Below, in pieces: positions 47,367 through 47,556 of a DNA stretch of 47,556 nt. Origin of the DNA: an uncultured Sphingomonadaceae bacterium (GTDB lineage Bacteria; Pseudomonadota; Alphaproteobacteria; Sphingomonadales; Sphingomonadaceae); the NCBI GenBank assembly GCA_964250105.1, contig CAXUEV010000001.1, forward strand, positions 1-47,556, in the 5' to 3' direction. Made by a program: the position numbers and the translations under genes. Within the stretch, counting starts at the first letter, position 1; each line of letters starts with the position of its first letter. Under the pieces are notes generated by a model. That model worked only from the letters and a program-made list of their open reading frames with translations, did no database searches and was not told the DNA's origin.

Positions 47367-47556
47367 TCAGTAGAACAAAAAGCGCGCTTCCGGGCAGAGC
47401 TGCTGCAGCAGGTCGTAGTGGTCACGGTCGCTCGGCAGCACCGCCAGGCCAGCTCTTGCAGCAGGTCAGGAGGATCAGGGCTTAGTTCAGCATCTCCTTT
47501 CGCTGTGACCTGACCCCCGCCTTTCATCCAGCGGCAACCAGAGACCGGCCGGTGTT
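47367..47556 (-). pseudogene. PIN-domain (VapC-like) C-terminal remnant
   Basis: Manual translation gives KEMLN*ALILLT / AARAGLAVLPSDRDHYDLLQQLCPEARFLFY*, resembling the DALI...A...VLT.D..FD PIN tail, with one stop and one frameshift. Confidence 0.45.

Noticed and set aside
1-47556. CRISPR array, cas genes, retron or other reverse transcriptase, IS transposase, rRNA
   Set aside because: No regularly spaced repeats or diagnostic motifs seen by eye; short degenerate elements could have been missed.

Overview
High-GC DNA that looks alphaproteobacterial (Sphingomonadaceae-like by gene content), in three blocks. (1) 1-18197 is an intact catabolic/uptake cluster: hydantoinase-A tail, VOC protein, HSL-family esterase, NADP-dependent enone reductase, three acyl-CoA ligases, SDR, DUF3237, two TonB-dependent receptors, MFS and SLC10-type transporters, and a TIM-barrel isomerase. 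(2) About 18202-44010 is a trb-type integrative conjugative element (ICE) remnant. It starts at a 45-bp 3' fragment of tRNA-Gly(GCC) that breaks exactly at the anticodon loop, followed by a tyrosine integrase. A defence-rich cargo follows: a three-gene Lamassu/ABC-three-component system, a RES toxin-antitoxin pair, a broken HNH-like gene, a Type I R-M locus with an extra half-HsdS and a YgjP-like metalloprotein, a frameshifted Swt1-like HEPN protein and a divergent EEP nuclease. The backbone is ardC, a parB fused in frame to the TrbL tail (implying a large deletion of the transfer core), trbF-trbG-trbI, DUF2274 and a LysR remnant. (3) About 44010-47556 holds an intact Rieske oxygenase alpha subunit and isomerase among decayed genes (Gfo/Idh/MocA, SnoaL-like, PIN). 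The best candidates for something new are the HEPN/EEP/unknown module next to the R-M locus, the Lamassu variant with an upstream LexA-like box, and a repeated RBS-occluding hairpin before ardC and parB. All calls come from reading motifs by eye; no searches were run.
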